NCBI GenBank assembly: GCA_039933015.1
Contig: JBDTOX010000163.1
Span: 14,064 to 78,063 of the forward strand
Length of the DNA stretch: 64,000 nucleotides
Reading direction: 5' to 3'
Source of the DNA: Methylophilaceae bacterium
GTDB taxonomy: Bacteria; Pseudomonadota; Gammaproteobacteria; Burkholderiales; Methylophilaceae
Shown: positions 28,533 to 39,900 of the stretch, in pieces
How the letters are laid out: the number at the start of each line of letters is the position of its first letter
Position numbering within the stretch: the first letter of the stretch is position 1
Program-made: the position numbers and the translations under genes
The notes under the pieces: generated by a model
Told to the model about the DNA's origin: nothing
Database searches by the model: none
The model's input: the letters and a program-made list of their open reading frames with translations, nothing else

Positions 28533-28607
28533 AGATTTTTCCACTGGGAGCCATCCGCTTTAATCTGCGGATGAGCATTTTTAAAGAACTGTTAAAATAG
28601 CATTTTA

Positions 28608-29366
28608 ATGTGTATTGCCATGACTTCCAAACTTAACCTGCTAGCCAACTTTCGTATCGTGCTCTGCCAGACCAGCCATCCAGGCAATATTGGTGCGGCT
28701 GCCAGGGCCATGAAAACCATGGGCTTGAGCCAGCTATATCTGGTGCAGCCGAAGAAATTTCCGCACACGGAGTCTGATGCCCTGGCCTGCGGCGCGCTAG
28801 ACCTGCTGCAAAATGCGCGGGTTTGCGCAACACTGGAAGAAGCGCTTGCAGGCTGCGCATTTGCTATCGGCCTCAGCGCGCGCAAACGGCAGCTGTCACA
28901 CGAGCTAGTCTCCGCGCGGCAAGCGGCAGCACAGGCAGCAGAAATTGCCAGCACTCAGCCCGTAGCGCTGGTATTTGGCACCGAGATGAGCGGGCTGTCC
29001 AATGCCGAGCTGGATTTGTGCCAGTTACTGGCAATGATTCCGACCAATCCGGATTTCTCTTCACTCAACGTAGCCGCTGCGGTACAGGTCATGAGTTACG
29101 AAGTACGCATGGCCCTGCTGGATGAATCAGCCGGGCAGATGCATACCGCCAACCCGCTCGCCACCAATGATGACGTGGAGGGTTTATACAAGCACATGGA
29201 AGAAACCCTGGTCAAGATCGGCTTTCTTAACCCCGCCGAACCCAAACGCCTGATGCAGCGCGTGCGCCGCATCTACGCCAGAGCACGGCTGGAAAAAGAG
29301 GAAGTGAATATTCTGCGTGGTATATTGAAGCTGACGCAGCAACCCCGTCCGCCAGAAAGCATCTAA
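28608..29366 (+). CDS. trmJ: tRNA (cytidine/uridine-2'-O)-methyltransferase TrmJ (SpoU/TrmH family)
   Basis: Contains [25 protein letters not shown] and [30 protein letters not shown]. The ATG at 28620 (MTSKLN) is an alternative start. Confidence 0.88.
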   Translation: MCIAMTSKLNLLANFRIVLCQTSHPGNIGAAARAMKTMGLSQLYLVQPKKFPHTESDALACGALDLLQNARVCATLEEALAGCAFAIGLSARKRQLSHELVSARQAAAQAAEIASTQPVALVFGTEMSGLSNAELDLCQLLAMIPTNPDFSSLNVAAAVQVMSYEVRMALLDESAGQMHTANPLATNDDVEGLYKHMEETLVKIGFLNPAEPKRLMQRVRRIYARARLEKEEVNILRGILKLTQQPRPPESI

Positions 29367-29371
29367 TAAAT

Positions 29372-30124
29372 ATGTTTACTCACCTGAAAGAAGACATCGC
29401 CGTAGTCTTTGAGCGCGATCCCGCCGCCCGCACGCGCTGGGAGATTCTCACGACCTATCCTGGCGTACATGCGCTGATTGCGCATCGCTTTTCACACTGG
29501 GTGTGGCAACAGCGTTTTTACTGGCTAGCGCGCTTCAGCTCGCACATCGCGCGCTGGCTTACCGGCATTGAAATTCACCCTGGCGCCACCATCGGTCGCC
29601 GCGTCTTTATCGACCACGGCATGGGCGTGGTCATTGGTGAAACAGCTGTTATTGGCGATGACTGCACGCTTTACCACGGCGTGACGCTGGGCGGCACGTC
29701 CTGGAACAAAGGCAAGCGCCACCCCACGCTGGAAAATGGCGTGGTTATTGGCGCTGGAGCAAAAGTGCTGGGGCCGATCAACGTAGGAGCTGGCGCTAAA
29801 ATCGGCTCTAACGCGGTAGTAGTGAAGGACGTGCCTGCGGGAGCCACTGCTGTCGGCATTCCCGCACGCATCCTGGATCAGGAAAAAACCCAGCAGCGTG
29901 ACGACATGGCAGCAAAAATCGGTTTCTCCGCTTATGCCGTCAGTGACAACGCCAATGACCCTATGACCAAGGCCATCCATGCCTTGCTCGATCATGCCGC
30001 CAAACAGGATCAGCAATTGCAGGAAGTCATGCAGCAACTGGCCAAACTTGGCGCCGATGTTGAAACCGATGCAGAAGTCGGCAAAGCATTTGATGTGAAC
30101 CATCTCAACAAAATAGTTGACTAA
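29372..30124 (+). CDS. cysE: Serine O-acetyltransferase CysE
   Basis: 250 aa. Contains [27 protein letters not shown] and hexapeptide repeats [44 protein letters not shown]. Confidence 0.93.
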   Translation: MFTHLKEDIAVVFERDPAARTRWEILTTYPGVHALIAHRFSHWVWQQRFYWLARFSSHIARWLTGIEIHPGATIGRRVFIDHGMGVVIGETAVIGDDCTLYHGVTLGGTSWNKGKRHPTLENGVVIGAGAKVLGPINVGAGAKIGSNAVVVKDVPAGATAVGIPARILDQEKTQQRDDMAAKIGFSAYAVSDNANDPMTKAIHALLDHAAKQDQQLQEVMQQLAKLGADVETDAEVGKAFDVNHLNKIVD

Positions 30125-30157
30125 AGCATTAAGGTATTATACAGTTTCACCCACAAC

Positions 30158-30217
30158 TTAGAGCAGGGATTGGCGTCAGTACTAGCTTTGACGCCGTTGT
30201 TAAGCGTAATGCTCTAA
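30158..30217. promoter_or_regulatory. Nested inverted repeats in the cysE-iscR intergenic region (candidate cysE terminator and/or iscR operator)
   Basis: Outer pair TTAGAGCA (30158..30165) / TGCTCTAA (30210..30217). Inner pair GGCGTCA (30172..30178) / TGACGCC (30189..30195). The region ends about 27 nt before the iscR ATG. Confidence 0.35.
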
Positions 30218-30243
30218 ACCTGAATCCTTTAGGAAACCAAGTA

Positions 30244-30714
30244 ATGCGATTAACCACCAAAGGCCGTTTCGCTGTGACTGCGATGCTCGATCTCGCGCTA
30301 CACGAGGTTGACAAGCCGGTGACATTGGCCGGCATCAGCGAACGCCAAGGCATTTCACTGTCCTATCTCGAGCAGCTGTTTAGCCGCTTGCGCCGCAATG
30401 GCCTCGTGAATAGCGCGCGCGGCCCTGGTGGCGGTTATCGTATTGCCAGACAACATGCCGAAATTTCCGTTTCCGACATTATCACCGCAGTCGATGAATT
30501 GATAGATGCCACTCAATGCGGCGGCGAAGAAAACTGTCACGATGAACACCGTTGCATGACCCATGATTTATGGGCCACTCTGAACAGCAAAATTCTGGAA
30601 TATTTATCCGGTGTTTCTCTGGCCGATTTGGTTGCTTCTCAGCGCGAAGGCAAAAAAATCGCATTTGCCGGCCGTCGCAATGGCCCGCCACAAAAACAAT
30701 TAGTCCCTGCTTGA
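30244..30714 (+). CDS. iscR: Fe-S cluster assembly transcriptional regulator IscR (Rrf2 family)
   Basis: 156 aa. Contains [19 protein letters not shown] and [28 protein letters not shown], plus cluster-ligand cysteines ([17 protein letters not shown]). Confidence 0.92.
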   Translation: MRLTTKGRFAVTAMLDLALHEVDKPVTLAGISERQGISLSYLEQLFSRLRRNGLVNSARGPGGGYRIARQHAEISVSDIITAVDELIDATQCGGEENCHDEHRCMTHDLWATLNSKILEYLSGVSLADLVASQREGKKIAFAGRRNGPPQKQLVPA

Positions 30715-30739
30715 GAAAGCAAAGACAGCCCGACTGAAT

Positions 30740-31897
30740 ATGAATAGCGTAGCCACTTACCTTGACCACAATGGCACAACCGCACTGGATGCGCGAGTGT
30801 TGGAAGCCATGTTGCCGTACCTGGCTCACCAGCAAGGTAACGCCACTAGCCGCCATATCTTTGGCCGCACGGCAAGAAATGCCATAGACCAGGCACGAGA
30901 ACAGGTTGCCAACGCGGTGGGCGCGCACCCTTCTCAGGTGATTTTTACTGCCAGTGGCACCGAATCTGACAATTTAGCAATGTCTGGCATGGCTGCAAGC
31001 CATGACGAAATCGCCCGCCAGATTGCATATAGTGCGATTGAACATCCTGCTGTGTCGCGTCCGGCGCTGGCCATGCAGCAACGCGGCTGGAAAACCGCTG
31101 TTATCGCTGTTGATGCAAATGGCAAGGTCGAACAGGCTAGTCTGAAAAACGTATTGCACACACCCACCAGCCTGGTCTCAGTGATGCTGGCCAACAATGA
31201 AACCGGTGTCATTCAAGACATCGCAGAAATTGCTGAAGAAGTCAGACGCCACGGAGCGCATATGCATACTGATGCAGTACAGGCGCTGGGTAAGATTACC
31301 CTGGACTTCGCTGCATTGAATGTACATGCCATGAGCATCTCATCGCATAAGATTAATGGCCCACAGGGCGCAGCTGCACTGGTGCTGGACAAGCGCGTAG
31401 ACATTCAACCGCTGCTGCATGGCGGTGGCCAGGAAAAGGGCTTGCGTAGCGGCACGGAAAACGTCGCAGCGATCGTTGGTTTCGGCGCTGCCTGTGAATT
31501 AGCCAGCCGCGAGCTGCTACAGCGCACTGCCAGCGTGCGCAAAATGCGTGACCGATTGGAGCAAGACCTGAAAAATTTAGGCGCCATGATATTTGGTGAT
31601 GCGGCAGAACGTTTACCCAATACAAGCTTTTTTGCCTTTCCTGAAATAGAAGGCGAAACACTGGTTATGGCACTCGACCGTAAAGGCTTTGCCGTCGCCA
31701 GCGGCTCCGCCTGCTCCAGTGACAGCACTGAACCCAGTCATGTTTTACTGGCGATGGGCATAGAAAGAGATTTAGCACGTGGCGCCGTCCGGGTGAGTTT
31801 AGGCAATAGCAACACCCCTGAACAAATTGAAGCATTTTTGCTTGTTCTGGAAAACGAGTTATTACGTTTGAAACAGTTAACCGCAGTCGCCGTATAA
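30740..31897 (+). CDS. NifS-like class V aminotransferase / cysteine desulfurase (second copy, upstream of iscS)
   Basis: 385 aa. Contains the PLP-lysine motif [12 protein letters not shown] and the active-site loop [17 protein letters not shown]. It lacks the C-terminal tail seen on the adjacent IscS. Confidence 0.85.
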   Translation: MNSVATYLDHNGTTALDARVLEAMLPYLAHQQGNATSRHIFGRTARNAIDQAREQVANAVGAHPSQVIFTASGTESDNLAMSGMAASHDEIARQIAYSAIEHPAVSRPALAMQQRGWKTAVIAVDANGKVEQASLKNVLHTPTSLVSVMLANNETGVIQDIAEIAEEVRRHGAHMHTDAVQALGKITLDFAALNVHAMSISSHKINGPQGAAALVLDKRVDIQPLLHGGGQEKGLRSGTENVAAIVGFGAACELASRELLQRTASVRKMRDRLEQDLKNLGAMIFGDAAERLPNTSFFAFPEIEGETLVMALDRKGFAVASGSACSSDSTEPSHVLLAMGIERDLARGAVRVSLGNSNTPEQIEAFLLVLENELLRLKQLTAVAV

Positions 31898-31917
31898 AAT
31901 TTAGCAAGGAAGTTATT

Positions 31918-33132
31918 ATGACAGTGCATACTCCAATTTATCTGGATTACTCGGCCACCACGCCAATAGACAAGCGCGTGGCAGAGAAGATGATCCCTTA
32001 CCTTACCGAGCACTTCGGCAACCCGGCTTCGCGTAGCCATCCATTTGGCTGGACCGCAGAAAAAGCGGTAGAAAATGCGCGCGCAGAAGTGGCCAAGCTG
32101 GTCAATGCTGATCCGCGCGAAATCGTATTCACTTCCGGTGCAACCGAATCAAATAATCTGGCTATCAAGGGCGCGGCTAATTTTTACAGCGGCAAGGGCA
32201 AGCATATTGTTACCATCCAGACCGAGCACAAAGCGGTGATTGATACCGTGCGCGAGCTGGAGCGTGTAGGCTTTGAAGCCACTTATCTGGCGCCTGAGCC
32301 TGATGGCCTGGTTGATCTGGAAAAATTCCGCGCCGCCTTGCGCCCGGATACCGTGCTGGCTTCCGTCATGCTGGTCAATAACGAAATCGGTGTGATCCAG
32401 GATATCGAAGCTATCGGCAATATCTGCCGCGCACAAGGCGTGATTTTCCATGTGGATGCAGCACAGGCCACAGGCAAAGTTGCCATCGATCTGGAAAAAC
32501 TGCCGGTCGACCTGATGAGTTTCTCCGCACACAAGACTTACGGCCCTAAAGGTATCGGTGCTTTGTATGTGCGCCGCAAACCGCGCATCCGTCTGGAAGC
32601 ACAGATGCATGGCGGTGGCCATGAACGCGGCTTGCGTTCCGGTACGTTGGCGACGCACCAGATCGTCGGCATGGGAGAAGCATTCCGCATCGCACGTGAA
32701 GAGATGGATCTGGAAAATGCACGTATCCATCGCCTGCGCGACAGGCTGCTCAATGGCCTGCAGGATATCGAAGAGGTCTATATAAATGGCGATCTGAAAC
32801 ATCGCGTGCCGCACAACCTCAACATCAGCTTCAACTATGTAGAAGGTGAATCATTGATTATGGCGGTGAAGGATATTGCGGTTTCCAGCGGCTCAGCCTG
32901 TACTTCTGCCAGCCTGGAACCATCTTATGTGCTGCGCGCACTGGGCCGTTCAGACGAACTGGCACACAGCTCGATTCGTTTCTCGCTGGGTCGTTTTACC
33001 ACCGAAGAAGAGGTGGATTACACCATCGCATTGATGAAGAACAAGATTGGCAAGTTGCGGGAACTCTCACCGCTGTGGGAAATGTACCAAGATGGTATAG
33101 ACTTGAATTCTGTCCAGTGGGCAGCACATTAG
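31918..33132 (+). CDS. iscS: Cysteine desulfurase IscS
   Basis: 404 aa. Contains [29 protein letters not shown] and [21 protein letters not shown], plus the C-terminal [22 protein letters not shown]. Confidence 0.95.
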   Translation: MTVHTPIYLDYSATTPIDKRVAEKMIPYLTEHFGNPASRSHPFGWTAEKAVENARAEVAKLVNADPREIVFTSGATESNNLAIKGAANFYSGKGKHIVTIQTEHKAVIDTVRELERVGFEATYLAPEPDGLVDLEKFRAALRPDTVLASVMLVNNEIGVIQDIEAIGNICRAQGVIFHVDAAQATGKVAIDLEKLPVDLMSFSAHKTYGPKGIGALYVRRKPRIRLEAQMHGGGHERGLRSGTLATHQIVGMGEAFRIAREEMDLENARIHRLRDRLLNGLQDIEEVYINGDLKHRVPHNLNISFNYVEGESLIMAVKDIAVSSGSACTSASLEPSYVLRALGRSDELAHSSIRFSLGRFTTEEEVDYTIALMKNKIGKLRELSPLWEMYQDGIDLNSVQWAAH

Positions 33133-33188
33133 TAGCAGCAAGTTTTAGCCGGATGCAATATGACGCAACCCGGATTTAGGAGAAGAAT

Positions 33189-33593
33189 ATGGCTTATTCA
33201 GACAAAGTATTAGATCACTACGAAAATCCACGTAATGTTGGTTCACTGGACAAAAATGATTCGCACGTCGGCACCGGCATGGTAGGCGCGCCAGCTTGCG
33301 GCGACGTGATGAAGCTGCAAATCAGGGTCAATGATGACGGCATTATCGAAGATGCCAAGTTCAAGACCTATGGCTGTGGCTCTGCAATTGCATCAAGCTC
33401 GCTTGTTACCGAGTGGCTCAAGGGCAAGTCTTTAGATCAAGCTGCAGAAATCAAGAACTCGGCTATTGCTGAAGAATTGGCTTTACCACCGGTAAAAATC
33501 CATTGCTCAGTATTGGCTGAGGATGCGATTAAAGCTGCAGTTGCCGACTTCAAGGCCAAGCAGACTTCAGATTCAACTGTTGAGCATGCGTAG
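33189..33593 (+). CDS. iscU: Fe-S cluster scaffold IscU
   Basis: 134 aa. Contains MAYSDKVLDHYENPRNVGS, GAPACGDVMKL, YGCGSAIASSS and LPPVKIHCSVLAEDAI. Confidence 0.96.
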   Translation: MAYSDKVLDHYENPRNVGSLDKNDSHVGTGMVGAPACGDVMKLQIRVNDDGIIEDAKFKTYGCGSAIASSSLVTEWLKGKSLDQAAEIKNSAIAEELALPPVKIHCSVLAEDAIKAAVADFKAKQTSDSTVEHA

Positions 33594-33600
33594 GTAGGCC

Positions 33601-33924
33601 ATGGCTATCACTCTCACTGAAACCGCGGCCAGTCGCGTTCAAAAGTTCCTTGCCAACCGCGGCAAGGGCATAGGCTTGCGCTTGGGTGTTAAAACCACAG
33701 GCTGCTCAGGTATGGCTTATACACTGGAGTTTGTCGATGATGCCAAACCAGAAGACACCGCCTTCGAATGCCATGGGGTCAAGGTGATTGTTGACCCCAA
33801 GAGCTTGGTCTATATAGATGGCACCGAGCTTGATTACACCAAAGAAGGCCTGAATGAAGGGTTCAAGTTTAACAACCCGAATGTCAAAGACGAATGTGGC
33901 TGTGGCGAAAGTTTCACGATTTGA
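33601..33924 (+). CDS. iscA: Fe-S cluster carrier IscA
   Basis: 107 aa. Contains [16 protein letters not shown] and a C-terminal CGCGESF. Confidence 0.95.
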   Translation: MAITLTETAASRVQKFLANRGKGIGLRLGVKTTGCSGMAYTLEFVDDAKPEDTAFECHGVKVIVDPKSLVYIDGTELDYTKEGLNEGFKFNNPNVKDECGCGESFTI

Positions 33925-34011
33925 TTTGAATGCTGCCAGCAGTAATTATTGCTAGCCGTTTAGCCTTATCCTCGGCACTCTTGTGCGCCCAGCCTGTGTT
34001 GAGATTAACCA

Positions 34012-34542
34012 ATGTCTGATTTACACCAAAACCATTTTGAGCTATTCAGCCTGCCCATGCAGTTTGCTATTAATCTGGATATGCTTGATCAAAACTACAG
34101 GCGCCTGCAAAGCGAAGTACATCCTGACCGTTTCGCGGCTGCGCCATCAGCGGACCGCTTACGTTCCATGCAGCTGGCGACACAGGCTAATGAAGCCTAT
34201 CGCACCTTGAAGGATCCTACTACGCGCGCCCGCTATCTGTTGCAAATTCATGGTGTAGACAGCCATCACGAAAACAACACGGCCATGCCAGCCGAATTTC
34301 TCATGCTGCAAATGGAATGGCGCGAGTTGATTGCAGAGGCAAGCGCGGACCGCGACGTTCCGGCATTAGAAAAACTGCTAAAAATTACGCAGCAGGAGGC
34401 TGAAAACCTGCAGGAAGATTTACGCACCACCCTGGATGAGAACAAACAATTGCTCCAGGCTGCCGAAGCCGTGCGCAAACTGAGTTTTATTGATAAAGTG
34501 CGCAGCGATATCGAACAAACCATTATTAAGCTTGAAGACTAG
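34012..34542 (+). CDS. hscB: Fe-S assembly co-chaperone HscB
   Basis: 176 aa. J-domain with HPD (LQSEVHPDRF). Lies between iscA and hscA. Confidence 0.92.
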   Translation: MSDLHQNHFELFSLPMQFAINLDMLDQNYRRLQSEVHPDRFAAAPSADRLRSMQLATQANEAYRTLKDPTTRARYLLQIHGVDSHHENNTAMPAEFLMLQMEWRELIAEASADRDVPALEKLLKITQQEAENLQEDLRTTLDENKQLLQAAEAVRKLSFIDKVRSDIEQTIIKLED

Positions 34543-34566
34543 CAGCGTAAAGAATACATATTAGCC

Positions 34567-36450
34567 ATGGCCTTATTACAAATCGCAGAACCGGGAATGA
34601 GCGCAGCACCGCACCAGCACAGGCTCGCAATAGGCATTGATCTCGGCACCACAAACTCACTGGTGGCAACAGTACGCAGCGGCATGAGCACGGTACTGCA
34701 TGATGAACAAGGTCATGCCTTGCTGCCGTCAGTTGTGCGTTATTTGCCCGATGGCACTGTTGAAGTCGGTCACCAAGCCCAAGCCCAGCAAAGTCAGGAT
34801 CCGCGCAACACTATCATTTCTGCCAAGCGCTTTATGGGTCGTGGTCTGCATGACGTCCCCGACCTCGTACACTTGCCCTATCAGTTTATTGATGCGCCTG
34901 GCATGGTGCAGGTAAGCACGCGCGCAGGCATAAAAAGCCCGGTAGAAATTTCAGCAGAAATTCTTAAGACACTCAAAATGCGTGCTGAAAAAGCCCTGGG
35001 GGTGTATGAAGGGCGTGGTGAACTGGCCGGTGCTGTCATTACCGTGCCAGCCTACTTCGATGAAGCACAACGCCAGGCGACGAAAGATGCAGCGCGACTC
35101 GCGGGCTTGACCGTACTGCGCTTGCTCAATGAGCCCACTGCCGCCGCAGTGGCGTATGGTCTGGATAACGCCGCCGAAGGCACATACGTGATTTATGACC
35201 TCGGTGGCGGCACTTTCGACATTTCCATCCTGCGCTTATCCAAAGGTGTATTTGAAGTATTGGCTACCAATGGCAACTCAGCACTGGGTGGTGATGATTT
35301 CGACCGTCGTATTTTCTGTTGGGTGCTGGAGCAAGCCAAGTTGCAACCCATCACAGCGGAAGACACGCGCCTATTGCTGACCAAGGTGCGCGAAGCCAAA
35401 GAATGGCTGACCGACCATGCCTCGGCCCAAATCACGAGCATATTAAGCAATGGTGAAGTGGTCGATCTCACGCTAACCAGCGCTACGCTCACGCAACTCA
35501 TCCAGCAGCTGGTAGCTAAAACCCTGAGTCCGACGCGTAAGGCTTTACGCGATGCGGGTTTATCGATGGAAGACATAAAAGGCGTGGTCATGGTTGGCGG
35601 TGCCACACGCATGCCGCAGATTCGCCAGGCCGTAGCCGAATTTTTTCAGCAGGAACCGCTGACCAACCTGGACCCGGACAAAGTCGTGGCATTGGGCGCG
35701 GCCATACAAGCCAATGTGCTGGCCGGTAACCGTAACGACAACGATTTATTGCTGCTGGATGTTATTCCGCTGTCATTAGGCCTGGAAACCATGGGTGGCT
35801 TAGTAGAAAAAGTGATTCCGCGCAACTCCACATTGCCCGTAGCGCGCGCGCAAGACTTCACCACATTCAAGGATGGCCAGACAGCCATGAGCATCCATGT
35901 CGTGCAAGGAGAACGCGAACTGGTGTCGGACTGCCGCTCTCTCGCCCGCTTCGAATTGCGCGGCATACCGCCAATGGCCGCCGGAGCAGCGCGCATACGC
36001 GTTACTTTCCAGGTGGATGCGGACGGATTACTTTCTGTCAGCGCGCGTGAGCAAACCAGCGGCGTTGAAACCAACATTACGGTTAAACCTTCCTATGGCT
36101 TAAGCGAGGATGAAATCTTCAACATGCTGCAAAGCTCGTTCACCTCAGCCGAAGATGACAAGCAGGCGCGGGCATTACGTGAAACCCAGGTAGACGCTGA
36201 GCGCTTGCTGGAAGCCATTAGCGCCGCACTGACAAAAGATGGCGAGGCCTTATTAAACCCGCAGGAGCGCGCTGCCATTGAAGCTGAAATGGAGACTCTG
36301 CGGACCTTGTCCACAGGTAATGACAGCCACGCTATCCATAGCGCAGTGGAAGCGCTGAATCTTGCCACCGAAACTTTTGCTGCGCGTCGCATGGATACCT
36401 CGGTCAAGCAGGCATTCGCCGGGAAAAACTTGAATTCCCTGAAAATATAG
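34567..36450 (+). CDS. hscA: Fe-S assembly Hsp70-type chaperone HscA
   Basis: 627 aa. Contains [32 protein letters not shown] and [12 protein letters not shown]. Confidence 0.95.
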   Translation: MALLQIAEPGMSAAPHQHRLAIGIDLGTTNSLVATVRSGMSTVLHDEQGHALLPSVVRYLPDGTVEVGHQAQAQQSQDPRNTIISAKRFMGRGLHDVPDLVHLPYQFIDAPGMVQVSTRAGIKSPVEISAEILKTLKMRAEKALGVYEGRGELAGAVITVPAYFDEAQRQATKDAARLAGLTVLRLLNEPTAAAVAYGLDNAAEGTYVIYDLGGGTFDISILRLSKGVFEVLATNGNSALGGDDFDRRIFCWVLEQAKLQPITAEDTRLLLTKVREAKEWLTDHASAQITSILSNGEVVDLTLTSATLTQLIQQLVAKTLSPTRKALRDAGLSMEDIKGVVMVGGATRMPQIRQAVAEFFQQEPLTNLDPDKVVALGAAIQANVLAGNRNDNDLLLLDVIPLSLGLETMGGLVEKVIPRNSTLPVARAQDFTTFKDGQTAMSIHVVQGERELVSDCRSLARFELRGIPPMAAGAARIRVTFQVDADGLLSVSAREQTSGVETNITVKPSYGLSEDEIFNMLQSSFTSAEDDKQARALRETQVDAERLLEAISAALTKDGEALLNPQERAAIEAEMETLRTLSTGNDSHAIHSAVEALNLATETFAARRMDTSVKQAFAGKNLNSLKI

Positions 36451-36540
36451 CTGAAATATGGCTCACCATATCAACATAAGATTTAACCGCAACCAAAACC
36501 CTAGTTCTCAACCATAAGACTACAACCATAGAAATCAGCC

Positions 36541-36882
36541 ATGCCGCAAATCATTGTTTTACCTCACCCAGAACTGTGTCCAGATGGTGCGGCTTTTGAA
36601 GCCAAGGCTGGTGTTTCCATTTGCGACAACATGCTTGAGCATGATATTGATATCGATCATGCCTGCGAAAAGGCGTGTGCTTGTACTACTTGCCACGTCA
36701 TCGTGCGCGAGGGCTACCAGTCACTGCCATTAGCAGAAGAATCAGAAGAGGATTTACTGGATAAAGCCTGGGGACTGGAACCGCAATCGCGCTTGTCCTG
36801 CCAGGCGGTTGTTACGGATAAAGACCTGGTTATTGAAATCCCCAAGTATTCGATCAACATGGCTAAAGAAGGCCATCGTTAA
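36541..36882 (+). CDS. fdx: ISC-type [2Fe-2S] ferredoxin Fdx
   Basis: 113 aa. Contains CEKACACTTCHV and SRLSCQ. Confidence 0.93.
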   Translation: MPQIIVLPHPELCPDGAAFEAKAGVSICDNMLEHDIDIDHACEKACACTTCHVIVREGYQSLPLAEESEEDLLDKAWGLEPQSRLSCQAVVTDKDLVIEIPKYSINMAKEGHR

Positions 36883-36899
36883 GCCATGCTGCGCTAGAT

Positions 36900-36917
36900 C
36901 TGGCTTGTTCAAGCCAG
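36900..36917. terminator. Short hairpin between convergent fdx and the GGDEF-EAL gene
   Basis: CTGGCTTG-TT-CAAGCCAG followed by TTTAAAG. It lies in the 36-nt gap between the two stop codons. Confidence 0.4.
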
Positions 36918-36918
36918 T

Positions 36919-39900
36919 TTAAAGTTTAACCAAATAGCTTGGCAGTAGCACTATCGGATTGGATTCCAGCAGCTTGCGGAATTCCTCGGGCGGCAATGGT
37001 TCACTAAATATATAGCCCTGTATCTGGTGACAGCCTTGTTCCTGCAGGAACTTGAGCTGTGTCTGAGTTTCCACACCTTCTGCAATCACCTTGAGCTTCA
37101 AACTGCACGCCATGGCGATAATTGCCTGGGTGATGGCCATGTCGTCGCTATCACGGGGAATATCGCGCACAAAAGACCGATCAATTTTCAATGCATCGAT
37201 AGGGAAATGTTTGAGATAGCCTAGTGATGAATAGCCTGTGCCAAAGTCGTCAATCAGGACGTGCGCACCCAAATCACGGAAATATTGCAGTAACTTACTG
37301 GCATGCTCAGCATTTTGCATAATCATGCTTTCCGTAATTTCTAGCTCCAGGCAGTCGGCGGTCAAGCCGCTTTCAGCCAAGGCATCGATGATGGTTTGCT
37401 GCAAGCCTTCTTCACGGAACTGCCTTGCGGATAGATTAACGCCAACGCGCAAAGGTCGCTCTGTCTGGCGCCACCCATAGGCTTCACGGCATGCCTCCTT
37501 GAGCACCCACGCACCGATGGCAATAATCAGGCCGGTTTCTTCTGCCAGCGGAATAAATTCGGCAGGGGCTATCAGGCCCAACTCAGGGTGTTGCCAGCGC
37601 AACAAGGCTTCTGCCCCGACAATCTGCAGGCTCACCAAATCCACCTTAGCCTGGTAATGCAGCACGAACTCGTTACGCTCCAGCGCGCGCCGCAAGCTGT
37701 TTTCCAGCGCAAGTCGTTCTACGCTATGCACATTGCTGTCTGCGGCATAGAAAAGGAAGGTGTTTTTGCCATGCTCCTTGGCGCGATACATTGCGGCGTC
37801 AGCATTTTTCAGCAAGGAGAACAAATCCACGCCATCCTCGGGATAAACGCTAATGCCAATACTGGCACTGATGTAGAGCTCCTGGTTGAGCAAAACAAAT
37901 GGTTGTGCCAGCACGTTCATAATTTTGCGTGCCACAGCAGTCAAATACTGGGCATCCACAAAATCTTCGACCAGCACCACAAATTCGTCACCCCCCTGCC
38001 GCGCTACGGTATCAGACAGGCGCAAGCATTCTTTCAGACGTCTGGCAGCTTCCTGCAACAGCATATCGCCCGCCTGATGGCCAAGCGTGTCATTAATGAC
38101 CTTGAAACGATCCAGATCAATAAACAGCACAGCGATTTTTTTGTGACTGCGCTGTGCGCGCAGCAAAGCCTGCTCAATACGCTCCTGCAACAGCGTCCGG
38201 TTGGGTAAATGCGTAAGCGCATCATGGTTGGCTAAAAATTGCAGACGTTCTTCAGATTGTTTACGCAAACTGATGTCAGTAAAAACAGCGACATAATTCT
38301 GAACTACATCTTTGGTATCAGTCACCCTGCTGATGGATAACCACTCAGGATAACTTTCGCCATTCTTGCGGCGGCTTAGGATTTCACCCACCCATTGGCC
38401 TTTAGTTTTGAGAATTTGCCATATTTCGTCGTAGTACTGCTTATCGTGCAAATTGGTATTCATCACCACAGGCGGGTAGCCCACGATCTCCTCACTGCTA
38501 TACCCGGTAATATCGATATAAGCCTGATTCACTTCCAGCACGTTAAAATTGGCATCCGTAATCAGAATGCCTTCGGCGGTATGCTCAAATACCTGCCGTG
38601 ACAGGCGCAAGCTTGCCTCGGCCTGTTTGCGCGCGGTGATATCGAGCATAACTCCGACCAGTTGCTGTGGTCTGGCAATAGATTTATGCGGAATAACCCT
38701 GACAATATCCTGCATCCAGACCACGCGGCCATCCGCCGCTATCATGCGATAATCAATCACATGACTGCGCAGCTTGAGGGATTCGCTCATGCAGCATTCC
38801 ACCACCCAGTCCCTGTCATCCGGATGAATCTTTTCTTTCCAGAAAGTCGGGCTTTCGGTCCATTCTGCCAAAGGATAGCCCAGCAGCGTCTTGGCCTCAT
38901 GGCTGACAAAAGTAAAGGCTCCGTCTGGGTTGGCGCGCCACATGATGGCATGCACTGACTCAACCAGTTCCTGGTAATCCTGCTGGCTTTGCACCAGCGC
39001 AACTTCTGCCTGCTTGCGTCCGCTGACATCTATCACCAAGCCGACAATACGATCACTGTCATCGCGATAGCTGGCTTCTGAAATTTCAATAAACACCGGC
39101 TGGCCATTTTTAGCCAGGCCCAGCGCTTCATAGCGCCCGGGAACTGTGCCACTCTCTTTAGCGTTCTGACGTATGGCGGCCACTCGCTTGCGATCAGAAG
39201 GATGGATCAGGTCGAGAAATTCCGAGCCCAGAGGAATATCCCCTGGCTGGAAGCCGCCTATGCGCCACATGGCATCATTGCCATACACAATCCGGCCATG
39301 CTCAATGACGATCACACCTTCATCGGCATCAGACTGGGCATGGATCAGGGCATCATAAAGGTCGAGTTGCTCCCTGAGTTTCTCCTCGGAGCGCAAACGT
39401 CCAGTATGTAAACCGGACAAGGCAATGCCGGTTGCCGATATCACTAAAGCATACAGCCAATAATTGATTAAATTGCCATGGGCAAAGTCTTCTGCGAAAA
39501 GACCATGCTGCTCGGAGCTTCCCCACAGCGCCATGATCACGATAAATACCGTGCTTAGCGCTGCACCGCGCTGATGAAAACTCAATGCAGCCCACATGAC
39601 GAGTGGGAACAATATAAATGGCTTGGGATTGAGCAACAGCGTATTAGGCAAGGCATCGAAGAAAACCAGCAGGCAGCCATACAGCAACAATATTGCCAGC
39701 GCGCCAGCTTCTACAAGCTTGGCTTGACTCCAGCGTAGCGGCTTATGATGCAAAATGGACAATGCTGCTGATACAAACAATGCATCGCTCAGCGCATCCC
39801 CCATCCACCAGCTGCCAAATATGCCAGATAAGGCATTCTGATCGATCAGGCCCGCCAGCAGCAGGGAGCCTGAGCCAATCAAGGCACTAATCAATGTACT

